From NCBI GenBank assembly GCA_951406725.2, contig OX597818.1, positions 97,216,001-97,280,000 of the forward strand: a stretch of 64,000 nt of DNA. Direction: 5' to 3'. Under the pieces are notes generated by a model that saw nothing but the letters and a program-made list of their open reading frames with translations, made no database searches and was not told the origin of the DNA. Numbering within the stretch: position 1 is the stretch's first letter; each line of letters starts with the position of its first letter. Below, piece after piece: positions 28,371 to 43,469 of the stretch. The position numbers were made by a program, and so were the translations under genes. The DNA comes from Octopus vulgaris. Taxonomy: Eukaryota.

Positions 28371-30526
28371 TTATCCTTTCTACTAAAGGCACAAGGCCTG
28401 AAATTTTGCGGGGCGGGGACTAGTCGATTATATGGACCCCAGTGTTTCACTGTTACTTAATTTATTGACCCTGAAAGGAAGAAAGGCAAAGTCGACTTCG
28501 TTGGAATTTGAACTCAGAACGTAGCGGCGGGCGAAATATCATTAAACATTTCGCCCGGCGTGCTGACGATTCTACTCGCTCGCTGTTTTAAATATAATAA
28601 TCCTTTCTACTAAAGACACAAGGCCTGAAATTTTGGAGTGAGGGGACTAATCGATTACGTCGATCCCAGTGTTTCACTGGTACTTAATTCATTGACCCCG
28701 AAAGGACGAAAGGCAAGGTCGACCCCCGTGAAATTCGAACTCAGAACGTAGCGGCAGACGAAATATCGCTAGGCATTTCGCCCGGCGTGCTAGCAATTCT
28801 GCCAGCTCGCCGCTATTGATTTCAGTTTTTGACATAAGGCCAACAATTTTGGTGGAAGGGAATAAGTCGATTACGTCGACCCCAGTGTTCAACTGGTACT
28901 TATTTTATCGACTTCGAAGGATGAAAGGCTAAGTCGACCTTGGCGGAATTTGAACTCAGAACGTAAGGACTGACGAAATACTGCTAAGCATTTTGCCCGA
29001 CGTGGTAACGGTTCTGCCAATGATCCAGTTAATTCAGAGAAAAAAATAGAAAAGAAAACGATAAAAAAAGGGAACTTAACTCGATCTAGTATATAGCAAG
29101 GGGGAGAGCGAGGAGGGCGGCACCTTTTGGGTCGGCTGTCTATACTTGTACTGGGGGTGAAGGCGGCAAACTCAAGAGCTGCCCCAGGCGGCATACACCT
29201 TTAGCTACACCACTGACTCGATCTTGGTAGGATCTGAACTGAAAATGTTGCAAGACGATATCAAATATGTAAGATCTGTGTCCAACACATACACATTACC
29301 GGTTTAATCACTCCCCCGTCTCAAACAACAACCTAACGAGTATTAAGATTAGTATCGTTTGAAAAATAGAAAAGAAAAACATACAATCAATTAAGAAAAT
29401 AAAGAAACCACATTCTTTGGAAAACAAAATCTATGCCAATAATTAACCGAAGCAAAAGGTGCTGTTTGAAGTCACCCGCACCGATCAATCATAAGGTCAG
29501 GAGAAAATTGACTGGATTGGCAAAGTACTTTTACGTGAGAAGCTAAAACCTTGTGGCATTTTCTTCACCCATGCCAGGTCAGAGAGGAAACTTCGTGACT
29601 GCAGTTTCAATGAAGATATAACTCATCATGCCTTTAGTTATTTGACCCAACATCAACCGGATTAATTAATACGTCGAAAAACGTGATCTCCTTCGAAATA
29701 CGATACACCATTTTCCTTCGACACATAGATGATTGCACAACCTTACATCGAACTATGTCACTATGTACATGAAAACTAGCACATACACATATATACGCAT
29801 ACATACATACATACATACATACATACATACATACATACATGCATGCATACATACATACATACATACATACATACATACATACATACATACATACATACAT
29901 ACATACATAAACACACACACGCACGACACACACACACACACACACACACACATGCATATGCATATAGATGTGTATATATGTATGTCTATATACTTATATC
30001 TATATGTGTGTGTGTAAATGTAAGAGAGTATTTATACATAGTTGCACACGCATACACCTACACATGAACACACACCTACACACACACATACACATATACA
30101 CATGCGCACAATTTTGGGGTTTAGTTGATATATATATAATTCAGTTCCTGGATTTAGTTTGCTAAATCCGAGAAAGAACACGTTATGTATTCCCATTTCT
30201 GTCTCTTTATAAGTGAACATGATGAAATGTGCAAGAGATCCTGTTATACTAAATACTTATAGACTGGAGAGGAAACGATTCCTGTGATTATAGAAGAAAA
30301 AAAGGACTTCGTTAATCTTGCTTCACGTCAAATTAATAGGAATGAAATTCTGTTTTTAATAAGTGATATGATATAACTGTTTACATTTTGAAATATTTCT
30401 TTGATTGAACAATTAGCCAGTGATTCTCGTTGATTTCTGCTGATAAAAACATTTTTAAAAAGACTTATGGAGCAACGTTGAGAAGAAATATTGATGTATA
30501 AAACCCAGCAAAAAAAGCAGGTGAGC

Positions 30527-30597
<71 letters not shown>

Positions 30598-30905
30598 TTA
30601 TGCTTGACTTTTGCTTTACATTTGTACAAGTTGGCTCCAAGTCTCACCCAGAGACCTCAAGAGACAACAAATTGGAAGTTCAAGTTGGTGTTATGCCTAG
30701 GGTGCCATATATTTGGTTTTGTACCTAGTGTTGTTCTAGAAAATGTTTAAGAAACCATAAGAAAATTATGTGTTTGTTTTAAAACTTGAGATTACATAGA
30801 AAATATTTTGCGTAGGATATGGGCAGTTCCCATGAGCACTATCTTTTGAATTTCTGCCATTTGAGGGTTTCCTGGTATCTGAGCTAGGTAGCATAAAACT
30901 GTTAC
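30527..30905 (-). mobile_element. Dong/R4-clade LINE 3' end with (TAA)n tail
   Basis: Minus strand encodes MAEIQKIVLMGTAHILRKIFSM* followed by UTR and (AAT)n. Confidence 0.75.
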
Positions 30906-30914
30906 ATGCTATAT

Positions 30915-32600
30915 TAATTAGTAGAGATGTCTTGAGGTTTTGTGACAACACTTCTCAAATCTCAAGAACCTTAGAATTCTTGCAGAATACAAGATTGCAC
31001 ATTGCTGTAGGTCGACAATGCGAGTCCCAATTCTGGTATCCTTCTGACTATTAGGTAGCAGTTTGGGCATTGTGTCAAGTGCACCAATTATCACGCACAA
31101 AGAGCAATTGTCATCTTTTCTTCCACATTCCCTTCATCTCTCTGGTTAAGTCCTGATATTCAATAGTTGTTTCAACTTCTTTGGAATCCATTCTATTGAT
31201 TTGCAAGGTTTTTGATCTTGCACTATTTTTTATCTAGTCTTCTTGTTTCAATAGTATGGTCAGTCTTTATGGGGAAATTCCATAAAATCCTGTAATTATT
31301 ATTCTCTGTCACAACCTCTGGCTTGTGTTCAAACCACATTTCTGCTATTTTGAAATCACTCACTCGGTTAACATCTCAATGCACTCTTTTACCCACATAA
31401 TTCTACCTGTACTTACGCACTTTTTGTACAAGCTTACAACATTCACTCAAGTTACGCCTAATACTTTCGTTTCCTTTCTCACAGATTCTGCGTTTGCTCC
31501 TTGATTGGGGTTTATCAATTTTTCCCTTTATCAAATTCACTCTAATGGCTTGTTCCTGAAGCGCCATACATAAAACTTCGTCAGCCAAAGCCAACATTCT
31601 TCTAACACTCGATTTATTGCATGAACTGGCCATATAAATCCTTCTCTTTCGAGTTATTTGTTATTCTCCTATTGTTTCAGTAACTTTTCAAAGATTTATA
31701 GCCACCGATAGTATTCCTTCTTCACTATGCACAAATACAATATCTTAGTTGTAACGACATCTGTGTTTACTAATTCTCTGCTTCCTTCTTTTCTTTATAG
31801 GCGGCGCCTGTCGATATACTTTAAGTGTAGTGCTCGTCTGCATTATAAGCAGCTTCCTAGTTCTGTCTAAGTTCTATAGCTCTATATCTGTCCGTTTTAT
31901 AAAAGGATCGGAGCATTCTAATACTGGCATGGCTCATGTATTCATTGCTTTGATAATAATTCTTCTACTTAATTTTGTTTCGGGCACCTTCCTAATTCTT
32001 CTCGGGTACTCTTTGAAGATTTTTTCCCTTATTTTCCTTTTTCATTATACTATCGTCTTGCAATACCTCTAGGTACTTGTATCCCGCATTATTCTCAGCT
32101 ATCTTGGGATAATTTTATGCCATCAGAATTTATATTTCTGCTTCTCTTTCTAATTAATATTACACACTTATTTGCCCCAAACTGCATCCCAATATTCTTG
32201 CTAAATACTTATACTATTTTGATTAGAGAATCCATTTCTTTCCCACTATTTTAATTATTGAAGTCATTTGTATAAAGATAGTAGCATATTTTCATCTCAT
32301 AGGTAAGCCTGGATTTTCTCAGTATACTGTCAGAGGGATTAACACAATGACGAAAATAGAGAGAGTGAGTCTCCCTGGAATATTACCTCCCACTGCGTAT
32401 TTACACATTTCCTAACGATTCGTTTGCTCATGTTCTACTTCCTACGGTCTCATTGCTTTTCCCAAAAGGCTGTTTATCTTCTCATTGATTCTAAGTGTAC
32501 TCGGTCTTTCGAAGAAGCCAGAAGTGTGGAACATTGTTGTAAGCCTTCCTGAAGTCCGTCAAACCAATAGCTAAATTTTTCTTTGTTATTCGCACTTCAT
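30915..32600 (-). mobile_element. Degenerate Dong/R4-clade LINE (RT, CCHC, REL remnants)
   Basis: GIFQGDSLS, GYKYL, ALQEQAI...RICEKGNESI..LSEC, VIIGALDTMPK...LQQCAILYSARILR. Confidence 0.8.
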
Positions 32601-32786
32601 TTACGTTCTGAGTTCCAATTCCGCCGAGATCGACTTTATCTTTTCGGGGTCGATGAAATAAGTACCAGTCGAGTACTTGGGTCGATGTAATTGACTAGCC
32701 ACTTCCCACAAAAATTTCAAGCCTAGTGCTTGTAATGGGAATCCTCCTCCTCGTCGTCGTCGTCATCGTCGTTGTCGTCATCATCG

Positions 32787-32847
<61 letters not shown>

Positions 32848-32849
32848 TA

Positions 32850-33981
<1,132 letters not shown>

Positions 33982-34047
<66 letters not shown>

Positions 34048-34872
34048 TTTCTTTCTTCAAATATTCTTCCATTTCGCGCTGAGAGTGTTTTCCGTACACC
34101 TAGGGCAGAGGAGCTCATTGTATGCATTCCCAAGTACTTATAGCCCGTCTCTTCTATCTGCTTCATAACCTCCCCCCGACAGTATCGTTAGCCCGTCCAT
34201 ACATTTGATTTTGCCTCTCTTCAAGACTTACCACACCACACTTTCTCAGTCCGAACTCCATTCTGATATCAGCACTGAAGGTATACACCGTATCAACGAG
34301 GGAACTGACTTGGGCTTCATCTTTACCATAAAGTTTGAGGTCATCCATGAATAATAAATGGCTGACTTTTTGTTGGCGGCTTTTGAATAAATACCCAGCT
34401 TTTGCTTTCCTCAGAATCAGTGTTAGTGGTATTAAGCACAGTACAAAGGTCAGTGGGGACAGGCAGTCCCCTCGGAAGATGCCCCTCCCAATTTCTACTG
34501 TCCCTAAACTTCTTCCGTAAGCTGTCAGGGCCGTCCTCCAATTCACCATACTTTTTCCAAGTAATTGCTCAATATTCGATGCAATACCAAACAGGTTCAT
34601 ACATTCCATAATCCAAGAATGTGGGATCATATCGTACGCCTTATGATAGTCGATCTATGACATGGCTAAATTAGTTTTCCTCCTCTTGCAGTCTCTAAGT
34701 ATAGTTTTGTCTATCAGGCGCTGACTCTTGGTACCTCTGCACTTACGCTTGCAACCCTTCTGCTCATGTGGAAGGACTCCATTTTTTACCAGATGTTCGT
34801 ACATTGAATCTGCGAGTATTCCAGTCAATAACTTCCACATAAGTGGCAAACAGGATATCGGCCTGTAATTGT
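33982..34872 (-). mobile_element. Dong/R4-clade LINE fragment (RT core) with (TAA)n tail
   Basis: LMWKLLTGI...EQKGC...IPHSWI...GIFRGDCLSPL...HLLFMDDLKLY...FGLRKC...GYKYLG, joined to a short 3' end. Confidence 0.9.
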
Positions 34873-34980
34873 CTATAAGCGCCTGTTGAAAACGGGTCGA
34901 TGTAATCGACTTAATCCGATCCCTGCAAATTTCAGGCCCTTGTGCCTATAATAGAAAGGACCACCACCACCACCACCACC

Positions 34981-35021
<41 letters not shown>

Positions 35022-35499
35022 AGCGGTGGCGGCGAGGTTGTCTGACAAAATGCTTAGTAGCACTTCTTTCAGCTTTGCGTTCTGAGTCCAAATTATTTAT
35101 TTTTTTAAATTAGGTACAAGGCCAACAATTTTAAGGGGAAGGCGATAGACACCATCGACTCCAGTACTTGAATAGTATTTTACGTAATCGATCCCGTAAG
35201 GACGAAAGGCAAAATTGACCTCTGTGGGACTTGAACTCAAAACGCAAAAACCCAGTGAAGTCAGCCTTACTTTTTATTCTTCTGGGGTTCATCAAATAGT
35301 TTACTATTTCAGTTAACTCTCTAAGAAAGACATTATGTTTTCTTGTTAAGGTAGCCTGTGAGAAAGCAAAATTATATGTCTGGCTCAGAAATGCAACTAA
35401 GTATTGTATTAGGTACGGGTTGTCCTCATGAGACCTTCTAGGTCATCATTATAGACATTCAATGGGCAATTTTTTTTATCATGTTAATTAAAATATCAA

Positions 35500-35675
35500 T
35501 GCCTTCTTTTAATTTTAATTTTAATATTTCGTAAAATATCATTTCAGACTGCCGAACCGTCCTCAGCGCCAACGAACGCCAGTATTTTCTTAATCATCAA
35601 TCAGCTCTGAAACTGAAAGGTTGGATCATTTTTTTCTCTTAATCTTCATCAACACGAAACGGGCGAACAATTAAA
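35500..35675 (+). promoter_or_regulatory. Splice acceptor (atttcag, 35541-35547) and 5'-UTR of the deacetylase exon
   Basis: T-rich tract then atttcag, 128 nt before a ATG preceded by AAA; implies an unlocated upstream non-coding exon. Confidence 0.5.
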
Positions 35676-37283
35676 ATGAAACTGTTAATCTCAAAACAAC
35701 CACTTGCTCTACTTATTGTTATCACATTATTAAGTATATCGAACGGTCAATATGAATGCAATTCATTGAACTGCGTGCTTCCGAACTGCAATTGTAAAAG
35801 CTCAAATATACCACATGGGTTGTCGAAAGATGTCGTACCACAGCTTGTCATGATTACATTTGATGATGCAGTCACAACAGATAACTATGAGACCTACAAT
35901 CATTTAATGACCGGAATTACGAATCCGAACGGCTGTCCAATCAGTGCTACTTTCTTTGTCTCACACGAATACACTGATTACAAGACAGTACAGCAACTCC
36001 ATTCACAGGGACACGAAATTGCCAGTCATTCGATTTCACATCGTTTTCCACCATCTTGGTGGCAAACAGCTAATTATACTGATTGGTATTCGGAAATACA
36101 GGGTCAGCGTGAAATGCTTTCTACTTGGGCTCATATCGATAAATCCGAAATCAAAGGTATGCGTGCCCCATTTCTACAGCCTGGGGGAAACTGGCAATTT
36201 CAGATTATTTCAGATTTAAAACGCGATGGTTTTAAATATGATGCTTCTTTAGTCTCTTACATTCATAAAATTGATCCATACGCTCCTCCAATATGGCCGT
36301 ATACCCTAGACTTTCCTTCAGTTGATGATTGTGGGGTAAAACCGTGTCCTGATTGGACATTTCGTGGTTTATGGGAAATTCCATTGGTCGAATACGAAGA
36401 CAAAGACGGTACTCTTTGCGCTATGTTAGATGAATGTGATGCAGCTAGATCAGAAGAAGAGCTTTATAATGTCATTATGAAGAACTTCGAGAACCATTAC
36501 AATACCAACAGAGCTCCTTTCGGAATTTATATGCATTCACCGTGGTTAAAAAATCCTTCTAATTTTAATGTGGTTCGGCGATTTATGCAAGACATAGCTA
36601 CTCGGGGTGATGTTTGGTTTGTGTCACAATCAAAAGTACTTGATTGGATACAAAGTCCTAAGACACTTCAATCGATGGACACGTTTTCATCATTTAATTG
36701 TTGGTTACACCGCAGCCCCTGGGTGTGTACAGACGACCAGTCTATTACATGTGTCTATGATACTTCTGGATTTCTAGTCTGGCCGAGAAGAATTTCAAAA
36801 AGAAATGCTGTTTATCCGAAAACTAATATTTCTACTGTCTTAGATCAGGAGTATTTCAATCGGCAACAAGCTCGAGCAACACGTAAAATGAAGCTTTGGA
36901 GTCAGTCGACCGGATTAAATTTTCCAGGTAGGACTACAGAAGCCCTTTATAATGACGCAACTCCATCTTACGACTATGGAGAAGCATATGGTGTATATTA
37001 CAACGGTCAAAGTGAACCAGGCTTCATACCATATCCAAAACCAAATGAAGATGGAAATCATCAAGAAGGTTATTATTCTGAAGAATCTGGAACACCAGAA
37101 CGAGAAGCAGGTGACGCCAAATTAACATCAAATCTTCTTGCGTCTATTTTAGGTCCAAAAAACAAGGCGAGAATCGGTGTTAGTCGTAAAAAGAGACAGT
37201 CCAACACATTCCATGAACTTCACATATGTTCGGAATATTGTCCCTTTCGATACCCTTGGCTTAACAATATCGATGGCCAATAA
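35676..37283 (+). CDS. Secreted chitin/polysaccharide deacetylase (CE4, NodB homology; catalytic-domain-only, CDA7/8/9-like), 535 aa, intronless CDS
   Basis: Signal peptide (~aa 1-24). Cys-rich CNSLNCVLPNCNC, then motif 1 TFDD (aa 61-64), NPNGCPISATFFVSHEYTDY, motif 2 HSISH (118-122), motif 3 RAPFL (163-167), YDAS, NRAPFGIYMH, DVWFVS, and the terminal CPFRYPWLNN typical of arthropod/mollusc CDAs. Confidence 0.96.
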   Translation: MKLLISKQPLALLIVITLLSISNGQYECNSLNCVLPNCNCKSSNIPHGLSKDVVPQLVMITFDDAVTTDNYETYNHLMTGITNPNGCPISATFFVSHEYTDYKTVQQLHSQGHEIASHSISHRFPPSWWQTANYTDWYSEIQGQREMLSTWAHIDKSEIKGMRAPFLQPGGNWQFQIISDLKRDGFKYDASLVSYIHKIDPYAPPIWPYTLDFPSVDDCGVKPCPDWTFRGLWEIPLVEYEDKDGTLCAMLDECDAARSEEELYNVIMKNFENHYNTNRAPFGIYMHSPWLKNPSNFNVVRRFMQDIATRGDVWFVSQSKVLDWIQSPKTLQSMDTFSSFNCWLHRSPWVCTDDQSITCVYDTSGFLVWPRRISKRNAVYPKTNISTVLDQEYFNRQQARATRKMKLWSQSTGLNFPGRTTEALYNDATPSYDYGEAYGVYYNGQSEPGFIPYPKPNEDGNHQEGYYSEESGTPEREAGDAKLTSNLLASILGPKNKARIGVSRKKRQSNTFHELHICSEYCPFRYPWLNNIDGQ

Positions 37284-37484
37284 GATAGATATACCAAACA
37301 CGTACAAAAATGTATTATTTTCCTTTTTTCCGAATTTTGTTTAGAGTGTTTTAGGTTTTGATTTTGAAATAACTTTTTATGGCTTAGTCAGTGGAGCCAA
37401 GGCAGTGCTTAGCACCCTCTTCAGGGCCTCAGTCGCTGGTAGAAGTGGAGACCTAGCCTAAATACTTACCGTAGAGTACACACC

Positions 37485-37490
37485 AATAAA
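37485..37490 (+). terminator. Candidate polyadenylation signal of the deacetylase
   Basis: AATAAA about 200 nt after the stop codon. Confidence 0.35.
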
Positions 37491-37515
37491 GGTGCCCAAA
37501 GACCAGTTATTACAT

Positions 37516-37743
37516 TAAACCTTTAATATACAGATTATCCTGTCAAATGTAATGCTTATTTATTCACATTGTTTTGAATTAAACAGGCATTATCTCGTAG
37601 CTTCGAGATTTCGATGATATGATTGTTTATTTTTTTAGAATGGCATTGCAGGGTAAGTATGAGGGACCAGATCTGTTCAATTTGAACATAAAACAGAAAG
37701 GATTTTTCAGCCGGATAAGGACAGTTTAAGCGCTAAGAGTTAA
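37516..37743. mobile_element. piggyBac-like MITE
   Basis: TTAA ends; reverse complement of 21732-21959. Confidence 0.7.
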
Positions 37744-38266
37744 ATAAGATTTCGCTTCTACCCAAGCCAAGGAACAATCCCTCTGACAGGTTGCCGCACA
37801 GTTTCCGTCTACCAAATTCTAATCACAAAATTTTGAGCTATTTGGAGCTATGGTAGATGAAACCTATTCAAAATTCCGTGCAGCAGGAACAAACCCCAAA
37901 CCATATAACTGAAGAGAACTCCTAAACTGTACAACCACGACTAAGCCAGAAAGCAAAGACGACATTCAACAAGCATCAACTATCAGCAATAGATTCACTT
38001 TATCTATAGGTTCCCATATAACGGTGTATATACGGGTTGTATATTAGGTTCTCAGTATTTAATGCTGGCAGACTTATGAGGCACGCGGTACACTGAATTA
38101 CCTCCTGGTTTACCAACTCGGACTTCTTGGATTATCATTTCAATTAAATTCGAGTTGCCTTTCTGGATTACATCGGATCTATGTTATTGTATTATGTACA
38201 TGTGAGTGTGTGCAAACATGTCAGTATACATGAAATATGTATGTATATGTGTGTGTATGTACATGC

Positions 38267-38326
<60 letters not shown>

Positions 38327-38532
38327 TCAGATGCAGCACGGATTTTTGTCAGTGAACAGGTCACGGATTTTAGCGATGAAAATATTTTGACAAATTAAAC
38401 GTAGATGTTGAAGTGAATCGAACGGCTTTTGTGTGTTTCTTAAATGGCTTACAAACACCTTCCACACAGCAATTGTTTTCGTTCCAGCACACGATCTCAG
38501 ATCAAATCACTTGCTATGCGAGTACATCTCCG

Positions 38533-38578
<46 letters not shown>

Positions 38579-38813
38579 TTGTGTATGTATATATATATAT
38601 ATATATACACATACATATATGTATGTATTTTTATATATGTATAATCTACAGCAGCTCATCTCACAACATATGTGTGCGTGCGTGCGTGCGTGCGTGCGCG
38701 TGTGTGTGTGCATCACAATCGCAATTGTGCGTCCTTGGTAAGCGACTAGTCATTATCAACATAAATATTGTTAGCTATTGAGAAAACACATACACACACA
38801 CACACGCGCGCGC

Positions 38814-38861
<48 letters not shown>

Positions 38862-39000
38862 CTAATTCCAAATTATGGGAGTGGAAAAAGTAAAACGTAA
38901 GCTACATATGTTTCTTAGCTAACTGTAGCTCATTACATAAATCTTGCGCACTTCATGTATACGGGTGTCCTTTATATATATATATATATATATATATTAA

Positions 39001-39890
39001 CAGGAATTAATCTTCTCTATTCGTTCCTTTGCACCATATGAGCTCAACTCTCCTCCCCTCTTCATCTAACCTCCCCCCTCCCACACTTACTTCCTCTCTT
39101 CGCTCCCACCCACCTCTCCTCTCCTCTCTTGCTCTAACACCTACTTCCTCTCTTCACTCCTACCCACCTTCTCCCTTCCACCCTCTCCCTTCATCGTCAC
39201 CACCTCCATCGTTACCTACACACTCCAACCCACCATCTCTATACATCCTATCCCACCCCACCCTATCCCCCATATTCCACTCTCACATACCCCACCTTAC
39301 CACACCCTGACACCCCACTCCCACATAATACCCCACCCTCACCTCTCCCACACCCCAACAGCACCACACCACACACCACCGCACCACACCACACACCACC
39401 ACACCACATCACACCACACACCACCACACCACACACCACCACACCACCATACCACACCACATCACATCACACCATCCCGCACACACTAACATTGATCACT
39501 TCCCAGCACCCACACCGTCATCCACACACCTACACCTGCACACACGCACACGTCAAGGTCTCCAACCCTATCCACAAGCACATACACGCTCTCACACACA
39601 CACGCATGCGCACCGTCGTTTTGTTGATCACCACTACTTTATTATCTCTCCTTCCTAGCTCTCCTGTCTGACCACCTCTGTCCGGCATTCGCCATGATTA
39701 ATCGCTTGCCACTAAACCTTTTTTAAAAAAATTTCTCTCCGTTTATTTCTGTGTTCCTTTCTGCTGAAAAGCGTAGGCTCGAAACGTAAAAGACTTTCTC
39801 ACTTCCCGAGCGTTAAACTAATACATCTGTTTGTTGTTTACAACACCTGTCTTCGTCTTTTGTTTTGTTTGTTGTTTTGTAAATTTCAAC
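39001..39890 (+). mobile_element. Penelope-like element 3' end
   Basis: QELIFSIRSFAPYELNS resembles the Penelope GIY-YIG C-terminus; C/A-rich UTR; degenerate hammerhead-like ctgaaaagcgtaggctcgaaacgta at ~39764-39788. Confidence 0.6.
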
Positions 39891-39913
39891 TATACACACA
39901 CACACACACACAC

Positions 39914-39944
<31 letters not shown>

Positions 39945-40191
39945 TGTATGTATGTATTATGTATGTATATGTGTGTGTGTGTGTGTTTGTGGGTGTGTGT
40001 TGTAAACCGCCCCCCCCCCCCCAACATCGCTTGGTGTTGGTGTGTTTACGTAATCTAGAGTTTTGGCAAAATAGACCGACATAATAAGTACTAGTCTTAA
40101 AAAGAATAAGTCCTGGGATCGATTTGTTCGACTGAAGGCGGTGCTCCAGTATGGCCACAGTCAAATGACTGAAACAAATAAAAGAATAAAA

Positions 40192-40234
<43 letters not shown>

Positions 40235-40306
40235 AGCACACATACAAATGTATGTGTATCTGTTTTGTGTGTATGAGTGTGTATGCGGGGGAGTGTGTCT
40301 GTATGT

Positions 40307-40362
<56 letters not shown>

Positions 40363-40744
40363 AATCGTTAAGCTTTTAAATACATGATTCTGAAAGAGAC
40401 TTTAAGTCTTGTGACTTGACAAATGAAATCCCTACGTGATTCCATTACCAAAAAAAAATGAATAAATGAAACACAAAATATGAAAAAAGAATGCAAAGCC
40501 GGACTATATTTAGACTGTGAATGAAATAAATGTAGGAAGGTTTCTAAACAATTTTGAATGCTTTAGTAGCAAAAATCGTTCCGATTTTATTACCTTGATT
40601 GGTCCTTTTGTCGCGATGGAGTGAAAAATTAATGTAGATGTGAAATATATGTATTTTGAAATAAACACTTTTCATTTCTCAGCCTTTGTTTTTGGTTTGA
40701 TTTATTAAGAAAGATAGGCGCAGGCGTGGCTGTGTGGTAAGAAG

Positions 40745-41733
40745 ATATTTCCAGATTTTTTGAGAATGGCCGGTTCTAGGTATCCGGTGATACTTGAGGG
40801 ACACCTCCCACCCAAGTGTCACCTGTGCCTGGAACCAGGCCACATTAAAAAGAACTGTCCCCAGGACCAAGGCAAGGTCCTGGAGCAGTTAATAAAAATA
40901 CCGCTCACTGCTCTCCCATTGGAGGGAGAGAAGGAGGCAGTCGAGGAGGTGGAGACCTCCTCGAAAAAAGGAAAAAAAAAAGGTGGGTAACAATGGTTGC
41001 CCACCGAAGGATCCGAAGGCTACGGGAGGGAAGGAAGATCTTCTGGACAAAACGAAAGAACTCCATTCTCCCGTGGCTCAAAGGAAAAAAAAGAGAAAGT
41101 AAAACGGGACATTGCCGGCGGTTTGTGACACACTGCTGGCGTATCCCGAAGCACCTTCGGTGCGAGTTGTGCTACCGGAGGTAGTTACTGTAGGCCCTTT
41201 CCAGGCTAAGGATGAGGAATTTGTGATCCTCTTCCATAAGGGAGGGTCGTTGGAAAGCTTCGTTAAGAAGTTTAAAAAGAAAGGCCGGAGGGAAGGGATT
41301 CTATCCTGCACTGAGGACCCTGACTGGCCTTCGCAGGTGGCTGCGGAGGTCATATGGGAGATCGATTTGTGCAGGGTGATGAATTTCTTCCCCGAGGACA
41401 CTTTTAGATTTATGTTAAAGTGACCCGACTTTGCACCGTCCAGGTGCTTGAATGAGGCGAGGAGCCTGGTCGGGCAGGAAAGTTTATAATTGAAAATAAA
41501 AGTAAGCGGTTTAGTGCCTCATTTTGTTTTTTGAATTGTGAAAAATGTAAGAGGTCTGTTGCCTCGTAAATGAAATATAAAAGAGCAGTGTTTTCGGGTA
41601 AGCAGCAATCGGCGGGCGTTGTTTGTTACCCTCATTTATCATAAGTTTCATTTGTCATTTCATAACATTATGTCTATATCCAACCCGTAGCTTCCCTTCT
41701 ATGTAAGGCCTTTATGGTCAATATAATGAATAA
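40745..41733 (+). mobile_element. L1/Tx1-like truncated retroelement with CCHC zinc knuckle, inserted in a SINE head
   Basis: KCHLCLEPGHIKKNCP (CX2CX4HX4C); AATAAA at the 3' end; 6-bp TSD aagaag (40739-40744 and 41734-41739) splitting a family A SINE. Confidence 0.7.
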
Positions 41734-42620
<887 letters not shown>

Positions 42621-43469
42621 ACAAGACTGGTGTAGTTTGCTTGAAGCTTAGCAGAATACGTAATAAAATCGATGTGTTAAAGAAGGTTATAGCAGTACAG
42701 ATCGATCACTAAATATCATTCCCAATATTTAGTGTAAATCCAAAATCATAGTAAAAGTGGAGATTCAGTTACAATTTTTTTCTTTTTTATAATTTATGTA
42801 AATTTTACACTCGCATAGACTAGTATTTATGTGGTATATCTGTTTACCAACGTAGGTTTGTAATCAACAATGGAGTAAATTACTGTTTTCCTGTGATGAT
42901 CTAGTGTTGTAGAGTGGTTATGCATCCGTCTTTGTAACAATTACCGTATAGTATACTAGTATACGCTAGTGAAACACGTGTAAAAATGACGTAATTTATG
43001 ATGCTATAATAAAGAAATGTAAGCGAATCTCCAGTTTTATAATGATCTAATGTATACATACACATACGCACGTAAGACAATAGTGAGCATAAAATTCATG
43101 TAACTTTATATTGTCCAGTATGTAACCGAGAAGTATGTCAATTTTTCAGATACATTAACATTCTACAACTAATTATTTTTCATTCAAATTTGTTTATTTA
43201 TTCATTTTTATCGGTTTATCTAAAGAGAAAAGCATTGCTTTGCCAAGTTCTAAAATGCAAGATAGGAAAAAAAAACTGGACGAAAATGATATGATGAATG
43301 CTCACCGTGACCCAGTTTTTTTCCCCAACATTTATGGTACAAACAATGCATAGTTATGACATTCCTGAAAGCCAGTCGGTCGTCAGAATCCCATTGAAAA
43401 CTTTATTTCCACAAACTTTATCTAGAGTGTATCAGCTACACGTAGTTCATTCCTCTTCCAACTAATATC

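Larger units (their letters stand above)
25960..29020. mobile_element. Cluster of tRNA-derived SINE family B (Meta-domain-like core gcctttcatcctttcggggtcgataaaataagtacc)
   Basis: At least 7 copies in both orientations. One nested copy (26092-26327) has 11-bp TSD ttgatagataa; three head-to-tail copies at 28370-29020. Confidence 0.85.

Noticed and set aside
35676-37283. Bacterial horizontal transfer or contamination origin of the deacetylase
   Set aside because: Motifs (CxLPxCxC, NPNGCPI, NRAPFG, CPxxYPW) are metazoan CDA-type and the flanks are host repeats.
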